From Raja brachyura (lineage: Eukaryota), in the NCBI GenBank assembly GCA_963514005.1, contig OY740814.1:13206001-13270000 (forward strand): 64,000 bases of DNA, in the 5' to 3' direction. Made by a program: the position numbers and the translations under genes. Below are positions 40,390 through 52,500 of the stretch, one piece after another. Numbering within the stretch: position 1 is the first letter of the stretch; each line of letters opens with the position of its first letter. The notes under the pieces are model-generated. The model was not told the origin of the DNA. It saw only the letters and a program-made list of their open reading frames with translations, and ran no database searches.

Positions 40390-41464
40390 GTAATATATAA
40401 TATTATTGAAAGCTTAATTTGAAAACAAACCTTTGCTAGAATACAAGCTGAGCAAAATGATGTTTCCTTCAATTATGCTTGTCTTATACTTCAGTATTGT
40501 TCAGTTTTATTATGTACTGTACAGTACTTCAGTTTTATAATGAAGTTCAAATTTGTTTCTGATTTATTTTGACTATATTAAAATATTTTTATGCTAGAAA
40601 CTCTTCTTCTGACACTGAATCCATTTATCAATTGTGGCCTGGCCAAATTTCAATCAAACTTAAAAGATTGATTGTATTAACCTTTGCAACACAAAAACAT
40701 GTGATTTAACCAGGAGAATATTGAGGATGACAAAATCAATTGTTGCATTGTGATTTTTGTTATAGTCTTAAACCACTATACTGTTGACAATTAAATGTTC
40801 TTTCAAGATCTTTGTAGAGCAACATGAATTGGATTTTGATGTTAAGAATCCCCATGCCATGGTTGGAATTGCAACTCCCATCACTGCTTCCAACTATTTA
40901 GAGTCTGATGTAATGGTGAATAAAATTGGTGCCTCAAACAGTGTAGCCTTTATTTAACCAGGGAACAATATTTAGCTGTCAAGTATGATATTTGAATTAT
41001 ATTTTGCTTACCACTTCTTATAAACGACATTACTAAGGCGATCACCAGAACATACCAGTCTTGTTTATATATTTACATCTGGCATGTTCTGTCAGTAATA
41101 TAATTTAGTAACGTCAACATTTTGATCTTCAGTTACAATGACATATTAATTTGGTTACCCTTATACCAAATTGTTTCTGTTTTGTTTTACCATTAAATGA
41201 ATGAAGTAGTGTTTGTAGTTTTTCTGGTAAATGCCCAAGAAGTTCTTTGGGGAAGTACTTATAGATTTATTGTGGAAGCCTCAGCAGAACAGATTGAATT
41301 ATCAATGCTGAATTATCAAAGATAAATATGCATTCATCTTTCCCAAGTCTAGTTTTGTGTGTAGACTAAATGGTGCTGAAATTTGTAGCATTTGATAGCT
41401 GTGATAATTTTTACTTTCATTATTTACAATGATTCATGCAATATTTATATTCTGTCATTTAAAG

Positions 41465-41694
41465 ATTTTCCTGGAGATGTAGCTAATAAATCTCTCTCGG
41501 AGAGGGCCAGTCCCATGCTTTGGAAATCAAAAGTCAGGCGAAGAAGAGCATCTCACCCTGCTGCTGAGTCTTCTAGTGAGCAAGGAGCGAGCGAAGCCGA
41601 CATTGACAGTGATAGCGGCTATTGCAGTCCCAAGCACAGTCACAGTCAGACCACGTCAACTACTGCTCAGAGTACAGAATGCAGCAATGTTAAA
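41465..41694 (+). CDS. SECISBP2L: SECISBP2L exon 5 (FPGDVANKSL...RRRRASHP...DSDSGYCSPKH)
   Basis: aaag|AT acceptor, AAA|gtatgt donor; lies in ORF 41392..41856. Confidence 0.93.
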
Positions 41695-42946
41695 GTATGT
41701 AAATTTACATTGCAATACAAGTTTACTTTGATTAACAATGTGTTAGAACAGAAGACGCTGATAATAGTTTTGAATCGCAGTCTTAATAAAATAATCATTT
41801 GGGCAATTTACATTATGCTATACCTTTTGTATCAGTATTTACCTTTCTTACTGTGAATTTACAATCAAATGCTTAAGGGAAGAAAAGATGGTGGTAAAGC
41901 TTTTGTGTCCAATAAACGTTTTTTAATATTGAAGGTTTCTGAGGAAAGAGTAAAGGCTAAGGGATCGACTGGAAAATGATCAATTGGAAACATTTGTTAT
42001 ATAATTGAATTTGGTTTATTTGTGGAATAGATGCAATATATTGAGCTGTATTTGATATCGTTAATATGTCTTAATGATGACTAAGTGTTTCATGAAAGGT
42101 CAATCAAAATTTGACATGGATCAATTTGATATGGAGATATAATGGTAGATCTTAGAGTTGGAATGAGAGTCGATGTGGCATGATTTCCAGATTTTTAATA
42201 ATTTAATAACTGAAGATGAATCACAGAACATCAGGAATACAAAATAAATTCATATATATCAAACATTTGTAGAGCTGAAGATTAGAGATGAGGTGGGGTG
42301 TTCCAATCCAGGGATTTGAAAATAAGGATATAAATATTAATATTGCTTGGTTGGTTGTCAGCGTAAGCAGGAAAAGATAAGGGGTGTTGGGTGAATGGGA
42401 TGAGCAAATCAGAACATAAAATCTGTATTATTACAGACTTTACACAACGTAGGTAGAGGAAAATAAGTGTTTGTGTATATCGAGTAAAGGGGCTTTGTTT
42501 TTCCCAAGAGAATGGGAAGAGATTTCTGCTTGTCCAGCACCGGATTTCAGCCAAACAGTGACAGGACAAGAGGGATGATGATTAGGTGGAGTCGATTTGC
42601 ATTCATTGTATTTATTAAAGCTGATACAGTACATTTTGATAATGTTACAAAGAGTTGTACTTTGATGAGAAGTGGGAGAGAGCAAATAAAAGACTCGACC
42701 TACAAGTGCAAGAACATGAAGAGAAGATTTGTGTTTGGAATCTTTGTAAAAAAATAATACAAACTATGACAGTTTAAAAATAGTTATTAAGAGGAAAGAT
42801 TAAGCAAGTTGAAAAAGCCAAGATGGATTGGAGTCCCAAAATTGGCAGATTAAATTGTAATTTAATAAATGGGTCTTCCAAGCGAAGATGCTTACACTAG
42901 AGATCCACTTTTTTTGAGTGAATTGATGAAAGAAAAGACGTACATA

Positions 42947-44504
42947 CAGTGCCCTCCATAATGTTTGGGACAAAGATCCATCATTTATTTGTTTGCCTCT
43001 GTACTCCACAATTTGAGATTTGTAATATAAAAAATCACATGTGGTTAAAGTGCACATTGTCAGATTTTATTAAAGGGTATTTTTATACATTTTGGTTTCA
43101 CCATGTAGAAATTACAGCAGTGTTTATACACAGTCCCCCGATTTCAGGGCGCCATAATGTTTGGGACACATGGCTTCACAAGTGTTTGTAATTGCTCAGG
43201 TATGTTTAAATGCCTCCTTAATGCAGGTATAAGAGAGCTCTCAGCACCTAGTCTTTCCTCCAGTCTTTCCATTACCTTTGGAAACTTTTATTGCTGTTTA
43301 TCAACATGAGGACCAAAGTTGTGCCAATGAAAGTCAAAGAAACCATTATGAGACTGAGAAACGGGAATAAAACTGTTAAAGACATCAGCCAAACCTTAGG
43401 CTTGCCAAAATCAAATGTATGGGACATCATTAAGAAGAAAGAGAGCACTGGTGAGCTTACTAATTGCAAAGGGACTGGCAGGCCAACAAAGACCTCCACA
43501 GTTGATGACAAAAGAATTCTCTCTATAACAAAGAAAAATCCCCCAACATCTGTTCGACAGATCAGACACACTCTTCAGGAGTCGGGTGTGGATATATCAA
43601 TGACCACTGTCCGCAGAAGACTTCATGAACAGAAAGACAGCGGCTACACTGCGAGATGCAAACCACTGGTTAACCGTAAAAATAGGATGGCCAGGTTACA
43701 GTTTGCCAAGAAATACTTAAAAGAGCAACCACAGTTCTGGAAAAAGGTCTTGTGGACAGATGACACGAGGATTAACTTGTATCAGAGTGATGGCAAGAGC
43801 AAAATGTGGAGGAGAGAAGGAACTGCTCAAAATCCAAAGCATACCACCTCATCTGTGAAACACGGTGGTGGGGATGTTATGACCTGGGCATGTATGGCTG
43901 CTGAATGTACTGGCTCGCTTATCTTAATTGATGATACAGCTGCTGTTGGTTGTAGCATAATGAATTCTGAAGTGTATAGACACATCCTATCTGCTTAAGT
44001 TCAAACAAATGCCTCAAAACTCATTGGCCGGCGGTTCATTCTACAGCAGGACAATGATCCCAAACATACTGCTAAAGCAACAAAGGAGTTTTTCAAAGCT
44101 AAAAAATGCTCAATTCTTGAGTCAGTCACCTGGTCTGAACCCAATTGAGCATAACTTTTATATGCTGAAGAGAAAACTGAAGGGAAAAAGCATAAGCTGA
44201 AGATGGCTGCAATACAGGCCTGGCAGAGCATCACCAGAGAAGACACCCAGCAACTGGTGATGTCCATGAATAGCATACTTCAAGCATTCATTGCATGTAA
44301 AGGATATGCAACAAAATAATAAACATAACTACTTTCATTTACATGTCATTGCTCTGACACAGACATTATGGTGCCCTGAAATGGAGGGGACTACGTATAA
44401 ACACAACTGTAATTACCCTTTATTAAAATCTGACAATGTGCACTTTAACCACATGAAAATAAATAAATTATGGGTCTTTGTCCCAAACATTATGGAAGGC
44501 AATG
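42947..44504 (+). mobile_element. Tc1/mariner DNA transposon, IR/DR type, full length but decayed
   Basis: TA TSDs at 42945-46 and 44505-06. Left TIR cagtgccctccataatgtttgggacaaaga matches the right end with few mismatches; inner direct repeats near 43145-43170 and 44355-44382. Confidence 0.95.
43306..44319 (+). pseudogene. Tc1 DDE transposase pseudogene
   Basis: HTH N-terminus, GRPTKT, VLWTDD, KHGGG, then QQDNDPKHT and SPGLNPIE. Premature TAA at 43996-43998 and frameshifts after ~44120. Confidence 0.92.
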
Positions 44505-45750
44505 TAGATCAAAATGCTTAGATGGCTTCAAATGTTGGAGTGAATCTTGCTGAATAAGGTCCACTGTCTATTGTTCTTGGCTTTACCTGTGCCATTGAGA
44601 AGGACTGAATTTGTTAACTCGTGAACAAGTTGAATGGCAAGGTGTCCAATGGCTTTGGTAATGTAGTCCTGAGACCCTTCCTCAGAATATCCTAACCACC
44701 TTTGACTGAAGGACAATTTCTGAATGGAATTTTGTTGCTTGTCAAAGCCTGCAGGGCATCTTTAGATATTAAATACCTCCTGATATTCAGAGACACAAAA
44801 TCACATTAACGATAATACAGAGCCATAAATATGGTAAAATAATTAAAAACAAAATGCTTGTCTTCCCATTTTCCAATCTAAAAGTCCCATTGAAATGAAT
44901 CTGCTCTCTGATTTCACCCCAGGCCTCACTAACAGTGAGTTCACAAAGACTAATTCCCCATGGTAATGGGGATTCCGAGCTAGACTGGGCTCTGCTGTTC
45001 TCTACTTGGAGGCCAGCTATAGAGAACAGAGTCGCATCTATCACTTACTAAGTAATGATTTTGCAGGAGGCCTGCGGAATGTCGAGAATTACTTTCACAG
45101 CCTTTGGCCACAACATTCCTCGCATTGAGAATTAATGGTAGCAAATAATGCCAAAGAATGCCGGACTGAATGTAGAAATTACATGTAGAAAAGGAATGTA
45201 CAAACTAAAATTCAAATTGAAAGGACAATATTAGTAGATTATGTACTGTAATTAAAAAGTAATCAATAAACTTTGATAAATTTGGAGTAGATATTCAAAG
45301 CAAGGGTGGCCCAATTATTTCTTATCACCAGATTGGATCTCCTTTTCATGGAGTATTTTTATTTTCTAACAATTTTACAAACCGCCTGTTTGAACACAAA
45401 GTTGCTGACACAAAAAAATTATAATCTTAAATCCACTACAACACTATTTGCATTCATCCAAGTTTTCAGTTCAAACGTTTTAATGATAAGTGAACTAATG
45501 TTTCAATTGTTAACACTTTCATGTAGCCATTCAAAACTAGTTTTTTATTTATTTCTCTCCATTCAGGAGATTTGTCTGTAAATGTTTAAATAAAATTGAT
45601 AATTAGCAGGTAGTAGAATTTCATTGATTTGGTCCTGAACAGATATTGTGTTCCTTTTGTCAACTTGAACATGCGCAATATTCCATTAGGGAAGAATGTA
45701 TTTAGATGTGCAGAGTTTTGTTAAATTAATGTTTTTGTTTTTAATTTCAG

Positions 45751-45775
45751 GCAGAGGATTCAGCAGGGTTCACAG
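45751..45775 (+). CDS. SECISBP2L: SECISBP2L exon 6, 25-nt microexon (AEDSAGFT)
   Basis: Strong T-rich acceptor tttcag| and G|gtaatt donor; needed to bridge phase 0 (end of exon 5) to phase 1 (start of exon 7). Confidence 0.85.
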
Positions 45776-46908
45776 GTAATTACCAATGATTGCAATACTT
45801 ATGTCTACCGTTTGCATGGTGATGAGCATGGCAGTCGTTGAGAGTTTGGAATGATAACTTCTGAGTAGTTGAAGGACAAACATAATGCATTTCAGAGGAT
45901 GATCGATACTTCTGTGATGAAGAATCGAACATTGTGTATGGAGGCAGATCTGATTATAGAAAGGCATGGAAGTGTTTGTTTCGTATGAATATTTGCATTG
46001 GCTCTCTGTCCAAAATGTGCTGTTTCTGTGGTAATATATACACTTTTGATGCTGGGTAAAGCATCTGTTTTGCTCAAGTTAAAATCAGTCCACATCAATT
46101 GAGGCACCCATCTCCTAGCTGGCAACTTGATTACGTTGGCATTTTGTTGTTTATTAGTTTGAGGCATACAGCAGGGAAATTCAGCCCAATTTATCAATGA
46201 TATCTAAATGTTAATTTAAACTAATCCTATTTGCCTCCATATCCCTTGAGACCCCCCCCCCCTTCCCCTCAATCCTTGTACCTGTCCAAATGTTTCAACA
46301 TTATAATTTTACCTACCTATTTATCTCCTAATTTTGATACAATCAGAAATTTATTTTTGTAAACCTGATCAATAATCTGAATATGGGACCCGAACTAGAC
46401 ATGGGATGTAGTTTTGACTGAGCGTTACTTGCTAAGGTTTTCAAAAAAATGTTCTTGTGGTTTGTGGCATGTTTGTATTTATTGTTTTTTTACAACTACT
46501 CTGAGAAGGTGATAGTGGACCTGCCTCCTTGCACACATTGCTTTAAATGCTTCCTGGCTTCTAATTACTGCTCCACTATATTGGGCATGTTGGCTGTTGA
46601 GCATTAATTTCCGCAACATGAATGGAATATGATTTGTGTGTTTTTTTTGGGTAAAGGAATATTTAGCCCAGTTAGATAAGTGTTCAGATTTTGGAAATCA
46701 CATTTATTGTTGAAGTTAAGTTTCCTACTTTCTAATCATGTAAAATTGTTAAATCCTTAAAGTTATAGCAAAAATTACTTTATCTGAGCTTGCCTGTACA
46801 TATCATTTAACGATGATTTATGTTAGTATGCTTTAACTATATATGTTGTCCTTTTAATGTGAAATGTTACCATAGTTATTAATAGAAATGAAATGATCAC
46901 TTCATCAG

Positions 46909-47024
46909 GAGCCCCTAGTTGGGCGAATATAGCTTCCCAAGTACCACAGAGGTTTGGGATGGATAGATTCCAGGTGATTCCTTGCAACAGAGGTGGAAGA
47001 CTAGTAGATCAGCGAAACACGCAG
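46909..47024 (+). CDS. SECISBP2L: SECISBP2L exon 7 (APSWANIASQ...NRGGRLVDQRNTQ)
   Basis: atcag|GA acceptor, CAG|gtatat donor; resembles the SBP2L W..V..Q...RGGR segment. Confidence 0.87.
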
Positions 47025-48502
47025 GTATATATATTTACGCAAATTTTGAATTTGTGCATCCAAGTTTGAATTATAGATTTCAGAAAATGGTACACTTTCC
47101 AGTTAATTTGCAAAGTACATTTCTGTACTAACATTGAGTGTTGTAACAAACTTGGATCCCCAGCACCATCAAAACAACAAAAAATATTTCAAGTGTTATT
47201 CTGACTATGTAAATTGAGGTTGGATGTTGTTTTATTCAACTTTCTTATTAAAAGGATTAAAAGAATACTTCCACAAGTACAAATCTGGTGGTAAATAGAA
47301 CGACTGAGCCGACCAGCATTTTGTTATAGATTGCTGGAAAGACTCATCAGATCAGAGAGCATCTGCTCAGGGGAAGCAGTTAACATTTCAGGTTTAAAAC
47401 ATGGTTTAAAATTGGGACTGCCGTGATGTTGAGCTCTTCTTCAATCACTCTTCTATCAGGTCTAAGACCTTTCATCAGAAATAGGAAACATTTGAAATTT
47501 AAGAGGTTTAAAGTTGTAGCGAAAGGGGAGGTTATGGAGAAAACGTTGGTGACAAGGTGCAGACTTTAAGAGATTCTCAATTGGATAAATGGCAGTGATG
47601 CTGGCTGAGGGTGAAGTTTTGTTAATTATAGCTAACTATCTGCAAGAAAGATAAATAGAAGATGAAAGGAGAATGCAGGAAAGGAGAAAAACGGTTGGAA
47701 TGATGTGTGTCTGGATTGTATAACTGGTCGCAGGAAGCTAGAAAGGAAAAGAAAGACATTGTGGAAAGACTGCGATTGTAGGAGTAATCTCCGCATAGTA
47801 ATGAAGAGGCCCTAGAAACTGGGGAAAAATTAGTGGTTTCTTACATAGAGTAGAACTACAAGTAGGTGTCATTAAGCAGAGAGAGTGTGTGGATTTGTGA
47901 TGGATATTGGATATTAATAGAAAATGCTGTTGCATTAGCCGATGTCCATGATCCAACTAACAATGTTCTGTTGTCTGCATTTTTCCTTGCTGTTTAAAAC
48001 TTAGTACTTGAAACGGGATGAAAAATGTTTTTTTTTAAATTATCTTTCTTGGAGAAAGCTTTTGAATCTGGTTTTGGGTTTTGCATTGTTAACTAAATAT
48101 TCATGTCATAGTTACTTGTAGAAATTATATAATTTATCTATTAAAATATTAAGCTCTTCACACTCGTTTAGTTTCCTTTTGCAAGACGATTAAGTTTTGC
48201 TTTGCGATGCATACAAGAGTTGAGAGTGTTTAATTGCCACATGCACTGGGACCACAACAATGAAATTCTTGCTGCAGCTTTGCAGGCACATTAAATGCAA
48301 AAACACAATAAATATACAAGACATTGTCCGGATAGAATGAGCTTTGAAGGTTTATTATTTGCAGAGCAGTGCAAATGCTCGGGAAAGATTGACATGAATG
48401 ATGTAAGAGATTTTCCTGGATCTTTGGGCTTGAATAATTGTACTGATTATGACATTTTGGAAGATCTGGGCTGTTTATAAATTGATCCGTTTTGGTGTGC
48501 AG

Positions 48503-48655
48503 GATTGTTTCAGAGGGAGGATGCAAGACCCAGACAGAGCACCAAGCCAACAGAAGAATCGTGATTGGACTGCCGGACAGTCCCCTGAAAAACTGCAGTT
48601 TACCAATGGGCGAAAGACCGGAGCTGAACAAAATAATAATTCGTTATATTTTAAG
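48503..48655 (+). CDS. SECISBP2L: SECISBP2L exon 8 (DCFRGR...NSLYFK)
   Basis: tgcag|GAT acceptor, AAG|gtattc donor; 153 nt, phase 0-0; ends in SLYF like the mammalian exon as I recall it. Confidence 0.82.
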
Positions 48656-49207
48656 GTATTCCAGTTTTGTGCACTAATGCACATAAAATGTTTGAATTTG
48701 TTTAGTTGCTTCTTCGATTGATCATTCCTAGTTTGGGACCTAATAAGTGTGAAGCTTTGTGTGCTGCAGCTATGTGCATGCAAAATGCGAGTTTAATCTC
48801 TATCCTGGCTTGCATTAGCTGATGAAAGCCCTGGAGTCTTGAACAACAAGCATTGACTAGGCCAAGCAGACTGATGTAGAGTTCTAAATATGTATTCTTA
48901 ATGTCTTGAGGCAATCTGTTATCAGGTACATTTAAATCCACAATAAATGTATTTCAATACTGTAATAACATTCCAAGTTCAAAATTCTCTGTTCTGTGAA
49001 CAGATATTTGACTTGCTATAAAGGTTTTCCACTAAATAGTATCATATCAGACAAATATTGTTTCCAGAACAATGACAAGACAATAATGGCAAAACAGTCT
49101 TCATAGAAATACGAGATACCCATCAAGTTATTACTGTTCATTGACTGCCACTAGTACTGCGTTTTATGCACTTGCCTTTCAACAATGTGTAAATCTTTTC
49201 TAAATAG

Positions 49208-49324
49208 GATGACAGTGAGTTTCCGGAATTGATTAGTGGAGCAGGGGTTTCTAAGAGAGTTGGCCTTGATAATGCTCAGACTAAATGTTCTTCCGTTTGT
49301 CAACTCCCTAAAAAGCCAGTGGGG
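49208..49324 (+). CDS. SECISBP2L: SECISBP2L exon 9 (DDSEFPEL...KKPVG)
   Basis: aatag|GAT acceptor, GGG|gtaagt donor; 117 nt open frame. Confidence 0.85.
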
Positions 49325-49571
49325 GTAAGTATGGTTTTGGATCTTGGTTTCCCATTATATTCAGCAAAATGTTACATTTGAATATCTGTATGTTTCACTC
49401 CAATCAAATTGGGGCAAAAATGTGCATCATTTTGTAGAGGATTGTTGATGATTTGCATTGCTTTTCGCTTAAGAATTTTGGTGTATAAATTTTTTTATTC
49501 TTGAGATAAATAAGTAATATAGGAATTTGGTTGTGTTGATCGTTGTTATGATTTACTATGCCTTTCCCTAG

Positions 49572-49739
49572 GTGGGTGATCTCCCAGAAACCTCTCCAAT
49601 CAACATCGTACAGACACCAATTCCAATAACTACAGCTATTCCAAAACGTGCTAAAAGTCAAAGGAAAAAAGCATTGGCTGCAGCACTAGCCACAGCTCAG
49701 GAGTATTCAGAAATTAGCATGGAGCAAAAAAAGCTCCAG
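49572..49739 (+). CDS. SECISBP2L: SECISBP2L exon 10 (VGDLPETSPINIVQTPIP...EQKKLQ)
   Basis: cctag|GTG acceptor, CAG|gtgagt donor; strongly conserved peptide. Confidence 0.96.
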
Positions 49740-50091
49740 GTGAGTACCTTTTTAGTAATGGGCCAGGTTTAGAAAGTTGGCAAACATCATGGTACACAGT
49801 TCATTGTTTACCTTTGATGTTGGGTTACGTTTGGCATCGATAAACCTAAAGCAGTTGTATTTGATTAGCAGGGTAAAGGCAAATCACAAAATTAATGCTC
49901 CGCCATGTAAGTCTATGGTTGTAAACTTGTGCACTATGATGGATATCCATTAAAATTGTATAGATTTTTTTTTTAAACCCTCATTATCTTCTTAAAAAAA
50001 ATACACTTGGGTGTTCCAAAACATTAACTTAGTGCATTGTTGCCTGCAGCTCTTTGTGCTCGGTCTTTTTCATGCTTTGCATTTTCTCAAG

Positions 50092-50233
50092 GAGGCTCTG
50101 AATAAGGCAGCAGGGAGGAAGAGTAAAGCTCCCGTACAACTGGATCTTGGTGACATGTTAGCTGCACTGGAGAAGCAGCAGCAAGCCATGAAAGCAAGAC
50201 AAATGACGAATACAAAACCACTGTCATACTCGG
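50092..50233 (+). CDS. SECISBP2L: SECISBP2L exon 11 (EALNKAAGRKSKAPVQLDLGDMLAALEKQQ...)
   Basis: tcaag|GAG acceptor, G|gtaaat donor; PVQLDLG motif at the start of the Sec-incorporation domain. Confidence 0.96.
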
Positions 50234-51214
50234 GTAAATTTCATTGTTGTATTTGGGTGCCTAATTTTCTTTCCTTGGACTACTTCCTCTTCATGTTTCT
50301 AGTAAAATACCAAAGAATTCAAATTCATCAAAGTAATTGCGCAGAAGGAAATATTGAGGCAATTCTAAAAATGTGTCGTGAGTGCGGCAGCATCTGTAGA
50401 GATCCAAGTGGTTGATGCTACTGGTCTATGATCTCTACAATTGCTGCCTGAACTGCTGTGTAATCAAAACTGTTTCTTCTTTGCAGATTCTACTATTTAG
50501 TTTGGTTTTGCACCCTGAATGGCACCTGCCATTCTTCGTGTGATTTTGAACGTTTAAATGTAACTTGTCAGAGATGTGGGTGAAAAAGACCGTGTAGAAT
50601 GCATTCAATAGCTTCCCATTGAGAAACATGATCCCTGCTTTGTCTGAATTACAGTCCAGATTTTCCCTTTTCTAATTTGATATGTCCATGGTTATTTTGA
50701 AAAAACGTTTGGAAATATTTGACAACATATTTTATCTCACTTTTTTTCCTGTAAACTAGATCCATTTTTATTTTTTCTACTATTGGAAGTGAGATACTAT
50801 ATAAGGAATATAACATTTCACTACTTTGGATGGATTGGAGCCAGAATAACCCCTAACAATGTCTCTTAGCTGCCATCGCCACAAAAATTGAGTTGTACTG
50901 AACCAGTATCAGTCTCTTAAATCAATTTTAGCTTTATATAAGTACATGGTTTGTGTTCTCGAGTGATAGGGCTATTGCAGCTAACCGAAAAATGAGTTGG
51001 ATTCAAAGCCAGGGGTCAGGATGTATAGGAGACCATCTGATGTTCCAGTTATCTCAAATTCTGTTTAAAGTTCATTTTATCTAAACAGTCTCATTTAATA
51101 TCTTGTCATTTCACAGGCATTGGTCTCAGAATCCTGGGGTCAGTTGCAGTGTACTAAGTTCACCTTTGTCCTTGAAATATTGTTCCAATAAATGTTTTCT
51201 TGTCCCTTTTCCAG

Positions 51215-51378
51215 TTGGTACAACAGCACTTTTTTCTGTCAAAGATTGTGGGAGCATGAAACATTTACACAATCAATTTGTTGGATTTCATAATCCATTG
51301 GATTCTAGTGTCCTGAGGATAAGAAGAGGGAAGGAAAGGGAGATTCCAAAAGCAAAACGTCCAACTGCTCTTAAAAAG
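51215..51378 (+). CDS. SECISBP2L: SECISBP2L exon 12 (...HNPLDSS...GKEREIPKAKRPTALKK)
   Basis: tccag|TT acceptor, AAG|gtaaaa donor; K-rich SID region. Confidence 0.95.
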
Positions 51379-51860
51379 GTAAAATATCAGAATTATCGAT
51401 CTTAATTATGGCTGGGTGTATTTAGTTGTATTTCATTCATTTTAATATAACTTGGTTGTAGTAAATGAAAGTCAACCATTGATATTAACGAGGAAAAGTT
51501 ATGATTTATCCTTAAATAATGACTAACTGGATATTTCCCTTGAATAGAATCTGAATATGGATGTCTGAGCAGTGAGTTTGGTTGAGATGGTTTGTTGAGA
51601 CTAAGTAATCCACCTTTTTAAGGAAGGTTCACCAAACCCATTATTTGCCTGAGCTGTAGCTTAAACAAAGGTTTGGCCATCCATCCTCCTTTCAATCAAA
51701 TGTGTAGTATTCAATAGAAAAAGGAGACAGCTGATTCAGAAAGGATTTGAAATGTTTTAGTTACCTATATAATGCAACATATGGATAACTACAATAGAGA
51801 ATTATTATACCTTAGTTATCGTTCCTAACAGCGCGTTAAAACCCTTTTTTCTCTACACAG

Positions 51861-51999
51861 ATTATACTGAAGGAAAGAGAGGAAAAGAAAAATAGATTTT
51901 CAATAGAGCCAACTATTGTTGGATCAGAGGAACAAGGTGATGTGCAACTAAGCTTTCAGGAGGAGCAGACATTAACCCAGGAAGTCGTTTCTCAGGAAG
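51861..51999 (+). CDS. SECISBP2L: SECISBP2L exon 13 (IILKEREEKK...QEVVSQE), GC donor
   Basis: cacag|ATT acceptor; the phase-compatible donor matching the conserved VSQE-D junction is AAG|gcaagt. Confidence 0.9.
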
Positions 52000-52500
52000 G
52001 CAAGTGCTCTACATGGAGTGAATTTATATTTTAGCATTTTTTGTTCTTTTGTAGCTGGGGTTAAATATCTCTTTTGAGATATTTTTGTGCACCATTGACA
52101 ATTTCACTAGTATTTACATGCCTTCCACAATATTCTTTGTGTGATGGAGCGCAACGTTTTTTGCAAAGGTGACAACAGAAGAAACTGAATTGTGAAATGC
52201 TGTTTCATTGAATCCTCGTGACTAGCCAACAGGAAGTTGGATAATTGAGTTGCATTTTATTCTTTCTGAAGTTCTCAGATAACTAATTTGTCCATCCGCA
52301 ATTGAAACCTATCAACAAATGATGGTGGACTTGTCTGATTGCTTAACATGCCTTTGAATAGAAGGATTTATTTTTTTTCCAGCAGTCGCCACCCCATTTA
52401 AACGTGAATTTTTGTTTAAGTTTTGAAGTTATTTTGTTGGAAGCTTAACCTCAACTAAACTGATTTTACTTTTTTCCAGAAATAAACCTTTATCCCTTTA

